Below the pieces are notes generated by a model, which saw nothing but the letters and a program-made list of their open reading frames with translations, searched no databases and had not been told where the DNA came from. From an uncultured bacterium (GTDB taxonomy: Bacteria; Chloroflexota; UBA5177; JANWHV01), in assembly GCA_963827235.1 (NCBI GenBank), contig CAWHAE010000010.1, positions 928,001 through 992,000 of the forward strand: 64,000 nucleotides of DNA, read 5' to 3'. The position numbers were made by a program, and so were the translations under genes. Below are positions 37,901 to 46,901 of this stretch, one piece after another (the first letter of the stretch is position 1; every line of letters begins with the position of its first letter).

Positions 37901-38164
37901 ACCACCGATCTCGACCGAGACCTGCACACCGCGCTCGCGCGGTGTTGCCGCGCTCTGATCGGACTCGATCCGCTCGAGGAGGCAGGGTGGGAAGGGCTGA
38001 TCCGCCTGCAGCAGCAAGCGGGTGACCATCGTGAGGCAGTCCGCCTCCTGGAGTCCTACGACCGCATATGCCGGGAGGAGCTGAGCGAGCGCGCCCCAGC
38101 ACGCCTGCGCCGCCTGGTGCTTACCGCCGGCTCGGTGGCCAAGGAGAGCATTGTCTCACATTGA
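34991..38164 (+). CDS. MalT-like STAND ATPase - TPR - wHTH/BTAD transcriptional regulator
   Basis: AKVAPP, RPRL, APGGSGKT (Walker A), WYALDEAD, LVLDDFH (Walker B), GGWAAGL, YHALL, helical repeats, KARELLYYL..DALW and LDPLEEAGWEGLIRL (BTAD). Confidence 0.9.
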   Translation: MPLPAGTPRPRLPRAKVAPPSGGGLISRPRLSRRLDQGRSGGVTILVAPGGSGKTSLVAAWLRECLLPAAWYALDEADRDGTRFLCGIAAALDYARPGACAAAFAALDAGEPAAAVVTALAACLEDAPTALVLDDFHCVDGSAAVVDALDRLLRYAPSNFTLVVLSRTVPALRFSSLLQGGGLYGLTGDDLRFEPDEAEQLLAAHRLPTEATAQLTTRSGGWAAGLLLLAQADSDSLSFLRGSGEAAFAALGADLLHALPPSLATFAMESAALCPASSEQIAALLARRDAAEACADLRKAGFFLTENQDGVLCYHALLADYLRVTLATESPERYRALRRQRAALCCNDDQPEQAASLLRADRDWEALSELVEREFGDLWRHGSFGTIAASIEALPADRRTPDLAARCGHAYRKLADFTHAMEWADTALAAAADTVVTIRALLLRVAILNDSGRYIDALPALKASARLAATFDDPSLRRRGEALAADTEGFIQFKLGNTAAGEVLSALAEQYYVETADTGEQARVITNRALGLAEAGSMPLALAQVERALPLWESLGDSGQVAFCGYVRALALLAGGESRTGQDELQRAADALELAGKHCAACIATAELALAMIDDGNQARGSPLAEKTLHTAFRLDDQEAIRTSYRAAIMAAIARKQIGEARRLLAEARNESAPPPDLASFDYLEGLAALRAGGLRTASATLAAAAAALTSLKRPHLAARALVLRAEAQLANGRVRNAEDALNAGARLAMDNRCEGYLLPIARYARTLTSKRRELVRLNDAARALLQRFAGETASIHLLDEQDRRELYLEVIPFGEGVVRIDGDELNLAPLSPKARELLYYLSLRGEPVRRETAMDALWAEHDGDRAARALSDAAHQLRCVLGRTALPSYQRQIRLHANVSDAGLRFVAGVEDTLATVSAGNENRASALANEAADYLETGAFLPWCESQWAAQARGHYLATGCRLAALCATTDLDRDLHTALARCCRALIGLDPLEEAGWEGLIRLQQQAGDHREAVRLLESYDRICREELSERAPARLRRLVLTAGSVAKESIVSH

Positions 38165-38275
38165 AAAGACCGCTGCCTGTGCTGCCATCGGACACGATGT
38201 CGACGCGGCTGGCACTATACAAGTGGAGGACGGCAGGACAATTGCCGGTCCTGCTGCGACTAGAAGGAAGGCTCC

Positions 38276-39433
38276 ATGCAGCAAGGGCGCGAGGAGCTCG
38301 ACGCGGCGGAAGCGAGCGGCGGTCACGACCACGATCGCGGCCGCGACGAACATCATGATCCTCACGACGGCCACGGCCACGACGAGGACGCCGAGCACCA
38401 CCACGGGCACGAGGATCACGATGGTCGCGAGCACGATCACGCGCACGGCTGGTGGAGCCGTCTACTCGAGGCCGTTCCCTTCCTGCACGGGCATAGCCAT
38501 GCCGAGTCGAATGTCGACACCGCGCTGGAGGAAAGCGATCGCGGCCTCTGGGCTGTAGCAGCGTCACTGCTGGGCCTGGCAGTCACCGCCGCGCTGCAGC
38601 TGGTGATCGCCGTGCTCAGTGGCAGTGCCGGACTTCTCGCGGACACCATCCACAACGCCTCGGATGCGCTCACGGCCATCCCGCTGGCCGCTGCGTTCGT
38701 GCTCGCCAAGCGAGCGCCTACGCGGCGCTACACGTACGGCTACGGCCGGGCCGAGGACGTGGCAGGTGTGGTCGTCGTCGGCATCATCTTCCTGTCGGCC
38801 CTGATTGCCGCCTACGAGAGCATACAGAAGCTCATCCATCCTCAACACCTTCAGTATCTTGGATGGATCGCGGCGGCCGCATTGGTCGGCTTTCTGGGCA
38901 ACGAAGCCGTAGGGGCCTTTCGCATCCGTGTAGGCCGGCGTATCGCCTCAGCCGCGCTGATCGCGGACGGCCAGCACGCGCGCGTCGACGGGCTGACTTC
39001 GCTCGCGGTGCTGGTTGGTGCGCTCGGCGTCCGAGCCGGATTCACGCGGGCCGACCCGGTGGTCGGCCTGCTCATCACGGTGGCCATCGTGTTGATCGTC
39101 AAGGACACCGCGCTCACGATGTGGCGCCGGTTGATGGACGCCGTGGAACCGGAGGTGGTCGACGATATCGAGCAGGTGGCAGCGGCGGTGCCGGGCGTGC
39201 AGGCCGTACACGAAGCTCGAGTGCGCTGGCTGGGCCACAAGCTGCAGGCTGAGCTGCACGTCACGGTGGACGAGGACCTGCCTACGCGCGAGAGTCACCG
39301 GATTCTGGAGGACGTCCGCCACGGCCTCTTCCACGCTCAGCCACGCCTGGCCGTGATCAACGTGCACGCGGATCCCTGCGGCCACGGCGGCGTCGATCCA
39401 CACGAGGCGACTGCCCATCACGCTCCAGGGTAG
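38276..39433 (+). CDS. Cation diffusion facilitator transporter with His/Asp-rich N-terminus
   Basis: SGSAGLLADTIHNASD, YTYGYGRAED and ALIADGQHARVDG; long His-rich leader. Confidence 0.93.
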   Translation: MQQGREELDAAEASGGHDHDRGRDEHHDPHDGHGHDEDAEHHHGHEDHDGREHDHAHGWWSRLLEAVPFLHGHSHAESNVDTALEESDRGLWAVAASLLGLAVTAALQLVIAVLSGSAGLLADTIHNASDALTAIPLAAAFVLAKRAPTRRYTYGYGRAEDVAGVVVVGIIFLSALIAAYESIQKLIHPQHLQYLGWIAAAALVGFLGNEAVGAFRIRVGRRIASAALIADGQHARVDGLTSLAVLVGALGVRAGFTRADPVVGLLITVAIVLIVKDTALTMWRRLMDAVEPEVVDDIEQVAAAVPGVQAVHEARVRWLGHKLQAELHVTVDEDLPTRESHRILEDVRHGLFHAQPRLAVINVHADPCGHGGVDPHEATAHHAPG

Positions 39434-39478
39434 CTTCCCATGGTGACCAGAGGACAGCGCCCGCCCGGAAAGCGCCGT

Positions 39479-40507
39479 TCAGTGCAGGAACCATTGTAGT
39501 CCCTGCAGAAGCTGGGCTGAATCGGCGGCCACCTGCGAGACGCTGATCGGTGCGTACAGCTCGATGACGTAGATGATTCTGCCGTCCGCGCTCGTGGCGG
39601 CCCAATAGATGGCGAAAGCCGCGAATGCCGATCCGCTTTGCGGCGTGGACGTGAAGCAGTACACGGCAGTGTTCTGGCTCACCCCGTCCACGGTAAGCTG
39701 GGACGGCGTGCCGCAGGACTTGAAATCGGGATAGGTCTTCTCGGCCGCCGCGACCAGGGTCTGCTGCACCGACTGCACGCTGGTAGGAGAAATCACCCTC
39801 GTGGAATGAATCACGAGCCCCCCCGAGTTCCCGGTGCCGACCTTATCCTCCAGTCGCAGGGTCACGGTATCCTGGCTGAGCACGCTCCAACCGGACTTGA
39901 GGGCGACACAGAACGTGGTGGTCGCCGCCACGTTCGGTCCGGTCAGGCTGCAGCTAGCCGCTTCCGGCGCTGCCGTGGCAGCGGGAAGCACTGGGGTCGG
40001 CGCCGGGCCGGTCACGGATCGTGGCGAGGCAGTGGGCGCGGGCGGCTGAACGGCCGCCGACGTCGCTGTCGAGTAGGATACCGGTGTGCCGGTGGCCGCG
40101 CCGGTGGCGCTACCACCGGCGACCGCGGACGAGGTCGCGGCAGGCAGCACGGGCAGGCTCGGGGCAGCTGCCGGCCTGTGGTTGAGCACGACGACGGAGC
40201 ACAGGATCAGAACGCCAAAGACGCCGATCGTGAGTCCGAGCACCGTGAACGCCGGCAACCGGTGGACGGCGCCGGGCGACCCGGCTGGCTGGTAGAAGGG
40301 ACCCGACGAGCCGGCAGCAGTGGACTCGCCGGACAGCGCGGGCGTGTCGTGGTGCTGAGCGCTTGGCGTGCCGGACGGCGATCCGGCACCCGCGACCGGA
40401 AAAGGGCCTGTTGCTGCCGGACGCCCTTGCAGCGGTGCCCCGCACTGCTGGCAGAACCGAGCAGTCGCGGGCTGCTGCGCGCCGCACCTCTGGCAAAAAC
40501 CCGCCAT
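39479..40507 (-). CDS. Zinc-ribbon membrane protein with P/T/A-rich linker and extracellular domain
   Basis: FCQRCG..ARFCQQCG double CxxC, one TM, low-complexity stalk and Cys-paired C-terminal domain. Confidence 0.8.
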   Translation of the reverse strand: MAGFCQRCGAQQPATARFCQQCGAPLQGRPAATGPFPVAGAGSPSGTPSAQHHDTPALSGESTAAGSSGPFYQPAGSPGAVHRLPAFTVLGLTIGVFGVLILCSVVVLNHRPAAAPSLPVLPAATSSAVAGGSATGAATGTPVSYSTATSAAVQPPAPTASPRSVTGPAPTPVLPAATAAPEAASCSLTGPNVAATTTFCVALKSGWSVLSQDTVTLRLEDKVGTGNSGGLVIHSTRVISPTSVQSVQQTLVAAAEKTYPDFKSCGTPSQLTVDGVSQNTAVYCFTSTPQSGSAFAAFAIYWAATSADGRIIYVIELYAPISVSQVAADSAQLLQGLQWFLH

Positions 40508-40619
40508 CGCGCACTCCTCCCACCGCATTGTGGGTGGTCGTCAGGCACCGGGATCGACGTGGGTCGGCTTCGCAAGTCGGCTCCGGTTCTATCGTACCAC
40601 CGGGCTCATGCGCGCGTGC

Positions 40620-41936
40620 TCACTCGGACGCCACGGCTTCGCGACCCGACCTGTCACGCCCGGCCCTGGTTTTGCCGCCGTTGGCGTGCATCCGCTCCAC
40701 GCTGAGCAGCTCGTCGATCGACCACGGTTGGTCGGTCTCGTGCAGCGGAGGACGGAACAGCTCGTCGAGCATCACGCTGGCCGCTCCTCGAGCCCACATA
40801 ATGTCCTCCGTGGGCTCCGGGTTGACATCCAGCGTGGCGCGCAAGCCGCCGAAGGCTTCTTCCTGGATAGCCTGGCGCATCGGACCCAGTACATACTCGC
40901 TGGCCTCCAGGCCTTCGCCGCTGAACAGCACCAACGAGGGGTCGAGGACGTTGATCAGATTGGCCGCCGCGATGCCGAGCACCGTACCGGCATGGGCGAG
41001 AATGGCCTGGATACGCTCGTCACCGGCGTGCGCCGCCGCCACGAGTGTAGCCAGTGTTGCTCCCCGAAAGCGGACGGGATCCACCGCCTGTGCCTGCCGG
41101 ACCAGTGCGTAATTGGCCACGATCGCTTCCAGGCATCCACGCTTGCCGCAGTGGCAGCGCGGCGCATCGGCGGAGATGTCGATGCGCGAGTGGCCAAACT
41201 CGCCGGCCCCTCCCCATGCGCCGCGGTAAATGGCGCCGTTGGCGACAATGCCGAGTCCAACGCCGTAGCCGACGCCGATGAGGATGAAGTTGGCGACGCC
41301 TCGCCCGTCGCCAAAATGCTGCTTGGCCAGCGTCAGCGCGTTCACGTCGTTGTCCAGTCGCACCGGGAGCCTGAGCCTGAACTCGAGTGCCGGTGCTACC
41401 TCTACATCGCGCCAACCGAACATGGGAGAGTCGATGCACACGCCGCGCGCCGCATCCATGATGCCGGGTAATCCCAGGCCGACCCCCAACACCCGGCGAT
41501 ATGGGACCTTTGCCTTGGTCAGGCAGCTCCTGATCCCGTCGGCGATCACCGGCACCACCTGGTGAGGCTCACCCTTGCTTGTGAAGTCGTGCGGCAGCAT
41601 CGTGGAGTGAATGACGTCACACTTGAGGTCGCAGACCGCGATCACGAGCATCGCATCGTCGAACTTCGTATAGACGCCCACCACGTAGCCTGCGCCGGCG
41701 TTGAGCTCCAGCAGGGTCGGCCGCCGCCCCACGCCGGCGATTTCCGCCGGCCGTTCGCGAACGAGTCCGGCGGCAACGAAGTCACCCACTATCTGGGTGA
41801 TTGCCGCGGCGGTCAGGTTGCTCCGGCGCGCGACGTCCGCACGGGAGATCGGACCCTCTGTAAAGATCAGGTTGAACACGATACTGCGATTCAGATCGCG
41901 CAGCAGCCGGCTCGTACCTGCTCGCGTCGCTACCAT
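40620..41936 (-). CDS. ROK-family transcriptional regulator
   Basis: N-terminal HTH (ISRADVARRSNLT), GRRP, DNDVNA, GEFGH and CHCGKRGCLE. Confidence 0.95.
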   Translation of the reverse strand: MVATRAGTSRLLRDLNRSIVFNLIFTEGPISRADVARRSNLTAAAITQIVGDFVAAGLVRERPAEIAGVGRRPTLLELNAGAGYVVGVYTKFDDAMLVIAVCDLKCDVIHSTMLPHDFTSKGEPHQVVPVIADGIRSCLTKAKVPYRRVLGVGLGLPGIMDAARGVCIDSPMFGWRDVEVAPALEFRLRLPVRLDNDVNALTLAKQHFGDGRGVANFILIGVGYGVGLGIVANGAIYRGAWGGAGEFGHSRIDISADAPRCHCGKRGCLEAIVANYALVRQAQAVDPVRFRGATLATLVAAAHAGDERIQAILAHAGTVLGIAAANLINVLDPSLVLFSGEGLEASEYVLGPMRQAIQEEAFGGLRATLDVNPEPTEDIMWARGAASVMLDELFRPPLHETDQPWSIDELLSVERMHANGGKTRAGRDRSGREAVASE

Positions 41937-41945
41937 CTGATCCTC

Positions 41946-41967
41946 ATTTAATTCACTGTCTTAATTT
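41946..41967. promoter_or_regulatory. Putative ROK operator 1
   Basis: AT-rich ATTTAATTCACTGTCTTAATTT; 14/22 identical to the reverse complement of 42184-42205. Confidence 0.45.
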
Positions 41968-42149
41968 ATTGCGTCTGCCCACTTCCCCGTATGCGCACGC
42001 GAAACCCGCTGCCATCAAGGATGCGCTGCAGTCCGGCCGCCAGTCCTGCGCTGAGCAAGGGCTGCCGGCGTCGGCACCGGCAAACGAGTACGGCCATCGC
42101 CAACAGTTTACCACTCCGGCACCAGTTGACGTACGCTGCAATGCGCGTA

Positions 42150-42178
42150 TTGACAATGTAGTCCGGGGCTGCTAGAGT
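42150..42178 (+). promoter_or_regulatory. Sigma-70-type promoter for the sugar ABC operon
   Basis: TTGACA-N17-TAGAGT. Confidence 0.7.
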
Positions 42179-42183
42179 TGAAT

Positions 42184-42205
42184 AACTTAGAGCGTTTAAC
42201 TAAAT
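42184..42205. promoter_or_regulatory. Putative ROK operator 2 at the predicted transcription start
   Basis: AACTTAGAGCGTTTAACTAAAT, an imperfect TTAG..CTAA dyad just downstream of the -10. Confidence 0.5.
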
Positions 42206-42452
42206 AGCCGGGGGCGAGACCCGGGGTCGTACTCTCTCGTTTGCGGCGGAGCGCCGGGGTGTCATCTCCGGCAGGAGGGAGGTGCCAAAGCTTCATCCGA
42301 TCGGCAGGCAATTGGCGGCGAGACATAGCGCGAGCGCAGGGCTCCGGCACGCAAGCAAGGTGACGACAGCAGTGCCGGTGACCCGGTGAGACCATCCACG
42401 GAGTCATGTCCCAATGTTGCACTACTCCTTCTCCATGAAAGGGGACGGTTCC

Positions 42453-43784
42453 ATGCAGTCGAAGAAGCCTGGCACTGATAGCGCCGCACAGAGCCTGAAC
42501 AGGCGGGATTTTCTGCGCAGCGCAGCGGTCACGTCTGCCGGCGCAGCGGCGCTGATGTATGGCGATCGCAGCGCCTTTGCACGCAGTGCCGCCGACAGCG
42601 GACCCACCATCGAGTTCCTGTCCGTGCAGACCGCGGGCACCGGCTGGGGTCAGAACCTGAGCGCCATCACGCAGCAGTATGCGAAGACCCACCCCGGCAC
42701 GAAGTGGGTCTTCGACTACGTGCCGCAAACGAACCTCAACCAGAAGGTTCAACTTCTTGCCGCGCAAAAAGCGCTCCCGATTCTCTACAATACGCCGGCT
42801 ATCGACACCTTGACGCAGCTGGAGAAACAGGGCGAAGTTCTGGACCTGGACGCTGCCCTGCATCAGCTCGGTGCCTACAATTCCGTCGTGCCAGCAGCGG
42901 TTTCGCTCATGAAACAGATCTACGGCAACAAGTTTGTCACGTTCCCGTTCGAGCTCAACATCGAAGGCTTCTGGTACAACAAGCAGATCTTCAAGGCGAA
43001 CGGCCTTCAGCCCCCGAAGACATGGGATGACCTGGTCGCGATCGCGGCGGCCCTGAAGGCCAAGGGCATTCAGCCATTCGCGGCCTCGGGTATCCAGGGA
43101 TGGCCGCTTACCCGCCTGATCAGCGGCTACTTGTACCGCACGCTCGGCCCCAGTGCGATGACCAACGTGCAGAGCGGCAAGGCCAAGCTCACGGATCCGG
43201 CCTATGTCGCCGCGGCCCAGGCCGTCGCGGACCTCGGCTCGAAGGGTTACTTCGGTGTCGGTGTGTCCACACTGGACTACACACCGGCCGAGACGCTGTT
43301 CCTGACCGGTAAAGCGGGCATGTTCTACATGGGCAGCTGGGTGCTGGCCGACCTTGCCTCCGCCAAGACCGACCTGGTCGGCGAGAGCAATATCGGCTTC
43401 TTCCACTTCCCCAACGTCAAGGGTGGCAAGGGAGATTCCAGCCAGACGCCGATGAACGGCGGCCAGACGAGCTCCGTGAACAAGCTGAAGTACACGCCGG
43501 CTGTCGGCGACTGGCTCAAGTACATGGTGCAGAACTACGGCGACACAGCGCTTGACCTGCAGGGCCAGGTCACCGGGTTTGCCGTGACACGTCCTCATCC
43601 GAACCTGGCCCCGCTGACCAATCTCGTCATCCACGAGGTTGCTCAGGTCAAGCAGCCGGTGCTCTGGTTTGAGGCGGAGTTCTCGGCGAAGGCCACTACC
43701 CTTGCGCAGCAGGATGCAACGCCGCTGGTCACGGGCGCCATGTCTGCCGGCGACTTCATGTCGGCGGTTCAAGCAGCGCTCTAG
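42453..43784 (+). CDS. Carbohydrate ABC transporter substrate-binding protein, Tat-exported
   Basis: NRRDFLR twin-arginine signal; FWYNKQIF..PPKTWDDL and FLTGKAGMFYMGSW. Confidence 0.92.
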   Translation: MQSKKPGTDSAAQSLNRRDFLRSAAVTSAGAAALMYGDRSAFARSAADSGPTIEFLSVQTAGTGWGQNLSAITQQYAKTHPGTKWVFDYVPQTNLNQKVQLLAAQKALPILYNTPAIDTLTQLEKQGEVLDLDAALHQLGAYNSVVPAAVSLMKQIYGNKFVTFPFELNIEGFWYNKQIFKANGLQPPKTWDDLVAIAAALKAKGIQPFAASGIQGWPLTRLISGYLYRTLGPSAMTNVQSGKAKLTDPAYVAAAQAVADLGSKGYFGVGVSTLDYTPAETLFLTGKAGMFYMGSWVLADLASAKTDLVGESNIGFFHFPNVKGGKGDSSQTPMNGGQTSSVNKLKYTPAVGDWLKYMVQNYGDTALDLQGQVTGFAVTRPHPNLAPLTNLVIHEVAQVKQPVLWFEAEFSAKATTLAQQDATPLVTGAMSAGDFMSAVQAAL

Positions 43785-44070
43785 CTTCTTCCTGGCCACG
43801 CCGGGCGGCACGAAGGCTGCAACCACAGCGGCCCGCAACAGTCGTACCGCCCGGACAGTGGCCGGTACGCACGCCCGGGTGAGCGCCGGCATGAGTGCTC
43901 GCGCATGACCTTGCCCTTCTCGCGCCGGCGCGCGGGACGGCTGAACGTCGAGCATGCGCCGGCTACCTCTCCAGGCTCCAAACCGTATCGACCGCGTCAT
44001 ATGCTATGCAACAGGTCACGCAGAGGTTCGACGTCTACACCACACCTTCGGGTCAGGGGAGCGAGGACGC

Positions 44071-44979
44071 ATGACAGGCTCGAAAAGCTCCAGATTGATT
44101 TCACCGCTGCAGAATCGTGCGGCGATCGTGGTTTTCGTGGCACCTGCCTTGCTCGCCTACACGCTGGTCGTACTGATCCCGGTGGTGTGGTCGCTGGTTT
44201 ACACCGTATTTGAAGGTAATGCCATTGAGGGATTCCACTTCGTCGGCGGGAACAACTACAGCGAGCTCTTCAAGGACAGTGCTTTCTGGACGGCGGCGCG
44301 CTTCACGCTGAAATACGCGATTGCGGTGACCATAGGCCAGGTAGTGCTTGGCTTGCTGCTGGCGCTGCTGTACTTCTTCTATCTGCGCAAGACCTCCGTG
44401 ATCGTCCGCACCCTGGTCTTCTTTCCGGTGGTGTTGCCCACGGTGGCAGTCTCGCAGATGTTCTCCAAGATCGTGGCAATTGCGCCGCAGTACGGTCTGG
44501 TCAACGCGCTGCTCAGCGCAGTGCACCTGGATAGCTGGATTCAGCCATGGCTGGGGCAGGCCGGTTCAGCCTTCTGGGTGATAGTGATCATGGACATCTG
44601 GCGCTCGATGGGTTTCTACGCCGTCCTGCTCTATGCCGGCCTCGTGGACGTTCCCAATGAGATAATCGAGAGCGCGCGGGTGGACGGCGCGACAGGCACG
44701 CGCATCGTCCGGCACATCGTGCTGCCACTCATCGCGCCCATCCTCTTCTCATCGTTCATCTTCAGCATCAACGGCACGCTCAAGGTGTTCGACACCGTCC
44801 TGGCCCTGACCGGAGGCGGGCCAGGGCAGGCGACGACGCCGCTCACCCTCTACATGTACAACAACGCCTTTACGTACGGTGACTACGGCTATGGCAGCAC
44901 CGTCGCCACCGCGCTCACCGTCGTGTGTCTCATCGTCACACTGGTCATCTTCAGGTCTGCTCGCCGCGACGTAGCCTAG
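44071..44979 (+). CDS. Carbohydrate ABC transporter permease
   Basis: FVGGNNY and the EAA loop ESARVDGA; multi-TM. Confidence 0.93.
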   Translation: MTGSKSSRLISPLQNRAAIVVFVAPALLAYTLVVLIPVVWSLVYTVFEGNAIEGFHFVGGNNYSELFKDSAFWTAARFTLKYAIAVTIGQVVLGLLLALLYFFYLRKTSVIVRTLVFFPVVLPTVAVSQMFSKIVAIAPQYGLVNALLSAVHLDSWIQPWLGQAGSAFWVIVIMDIWRSMGFYAVLLYAGLVDVPNEIIESARVDGATGTRIVRHIVLPLIAPILFSSFIFSINGTLKVFDTVLALTGGGPGQATTPLTLYMYNNAFTYGDYGYGSTVATALTVVCLIVTLVIFRSARRDVA

Positions 44980-44994
44980 CCAAAGGGGAGAACG

Positions 44995-45904
44995 GTGAAT
45001 CGCATACCCGCAGGCTTGCAGAATCGCTCGGGGACGTTCGCGCACGACGAGCGAGCACGGCGCGACATGACTCTCACGCATCGGCTCAGTCGGGTCCCGC
45101 TACTCCTTGCCATCGCAGTGCTCCTCATCGTCGTGATCTACCCGCTCATCTGGCTGTTCCTGTCGTCACTGAAGACGGACACAGAGTTCACGTTGCGACC
45201 GCTGTACGCGCTGCCCCAGGGGCTGGATTGGCAGAACTACGTCGATGCCCTCACGACCGGCAACCTGGGTACGTATTTCCTGAACAGCGTTCTGACCGTG
45301 TTCCCCTCGCTGTTCATGATTCTGCTGCTGAGTGTGTGTGCAGGGTTCGGGCTGCAGGTCATGATCTGGCGGGGACGAAACTTAGTCCTGCTCGTGTTCC
45401 TCGCGGGCATCATGGTCCCCCTGCAGATGGTGCTGCTGCCTCTGTTCACCATCTATTTCCATGTTAATCTGATCGATACGCGGTGGTCGCTGATCGTCAC
45501 CTACACCGGCTTCGGCTTGCCGCTGTCGGTCTTCCTGATGGCCGGCTTTTTCAAGTCGCTCTCCAGGGAGATGATCGAGGCGGCGACCATGGACGGCGCC
45601 GGCATCTACCAGATCTTCTTCCGCATCGCCGTGCCGTTGGCGGCAAACGGACTGGCCACGATCGGCCTCGTACAGTTCTTCTTCCTGTGGAATGACCTGC
45701 TGTTCTCCCTGACCTTCATCACCAGTGATAGCATGCGCACCATTCAAACCGGTTTGTATGCCTTCACCGGCCAGTATGGTGCCGATCTCCTGGGGGCCGA
45801 CCTTCGCGGCGGTGTGTCTTGCGGTGTTTCCTACCCTCATGCTCTATCTCGTGCTCAATCAGCGTGTAATGAAGGGACTGGCGGCGGGCTCGCTCAAAGG
45901 CTGA
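44995..45904 (+). CDS. Carbohydrate ABC transporter permease with a frameshift near 45783
   Basis: EAATMDGA and WNDLL. The expected C-terminus WGPTFAAVCLAVFPTLMLYLVLNQRVMKGLAAGSLKG* is in a shifted frame ending at 45904. Confidence 0.88.
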
Positions 45905-45986
45905 AGGCAATGACTTGCACGACCGCGAGGAGCTCGACTCCTGAGCCGCCGTACCCTGTTGCGCCAGCGGACTGAAGGAGGGTCAG

Positions 45987-46847
45987 ATGGCAATGACGGC
46001 AGACGACGTTCTGGACGCCGAGGGACACGAGGCTCCGACAATTGCGCTCTGGCTGAACGGAGCGCCCGGTACCGAGAGATGGTCGCAGCGAGAGCAGGTA
46101 ACCTTTGCTCCACCGCCGCTCGGCTTTCGGCAGGTGCGAAACGTAGTCAACCCATCGCTCACAGCGTTCTTGCCGCGTCCTGACCGGGCCACCGGGTCAG
46201 CCGCCATCGTCTGCCCCGGCGGCGCGTTTCACGCACTGGCGATCGACCACGAAGGCCACGATGTAGCGCGCTGGCTGCAGGAGCGCGGCGTGGCGGCATT
46301 CGTGCTCAAGTACCGCCTCGCCCCCACCGACGTCGCGGACGCGGACTTCGAGCAGTACATTCAGCAACTCCTCCAGGATCGCGCGGCTATCGCGAGAGCG
46401 ACCGAGGGAATCGTCCCTCTTGCCGTCGCGGATGGGCGACAGGCCGTCAAGGTGGTCCGCGAGCGGGCGGCAGAGTGGAACATCCATGCCGACCGAATCG
46501 GCATGGTAGGCTTCTCGGCCGGCGCGCACGTGACCGCCGGCGTGGCCCTGGACCACGACGCGGAGAGTCGACCGAGCTTCGCCGCGCCCATCTATGGCGC
46601 CCTGTGGGAACGAGTGAGGGTGCCCGAAGACGCGCCACCGCTGTTCGTCGCCGTCGCCGCGGATGACGCACTCGCGAGGGACGACAGCCTGGCGCTGTAC
46701 GCGGCGTGGAGCGCCGCCGGCAAGTCCGCCGAGCTGCACATCTACACTCGCGGTGGTCACGGTTTCGGCATGAGAGCGCAGGGCCTGACCAGCGACCGCT
46801 GGATCGATCAGCTCGGCGCCTGGATCGATCAGCAGATGCGCGGCTAA
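45987..46847 (+). CDS. Alpha/beta hydrolase (carbohydrate esterase-like)
   Basis: VCPGGAF, LKYRL, GFSAG nucleophile motif and GGHGFG. Confidence 0.9.
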   Translation: MAMTADDVLDAEGHEAPTIALWLNGAPGTERWSQREQVTFAPPPLGFRQVRNVVNPSLTAFLPRPDRATGSAAIVCPGGAFHALAIDHEGHDVARWLQERGVAAFVLKYRLAPTDVADADFEQYIQQLLQDRAAIARATEGIVPLAVADGRQAVKVVRERAAEWNIHADRIGMVGFSAGAHVTAGVALDHDAESRPSFAAPIYGALWERVRVPEDAPPLFVAVAADDALARDDSLALYAAWSAAGKSAELHIYTRGGHGFGMRAQGLTSDRWIDQLGAWIDQQMRG

Positions 46848-46901
46848 TCGCGCAGCGGACGGCACCCCTGAATTGCACAACACCAGACCCAAGGAGACTC
46901 C

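Noticed and set aside
38320-38450. Short repeats as a CRISPR array or VNTR
   Set aside because: They are His/Asp codon repeats inside the CDF gene, with no repeat-spacer periodicity and no cas genes.
42108-44000. 630-aa minus-strand ORF and many similar long antisense ORFs
   Set aside because: These are antisense shadows of well-supported genes, expected at high GC, and carry no motifs.
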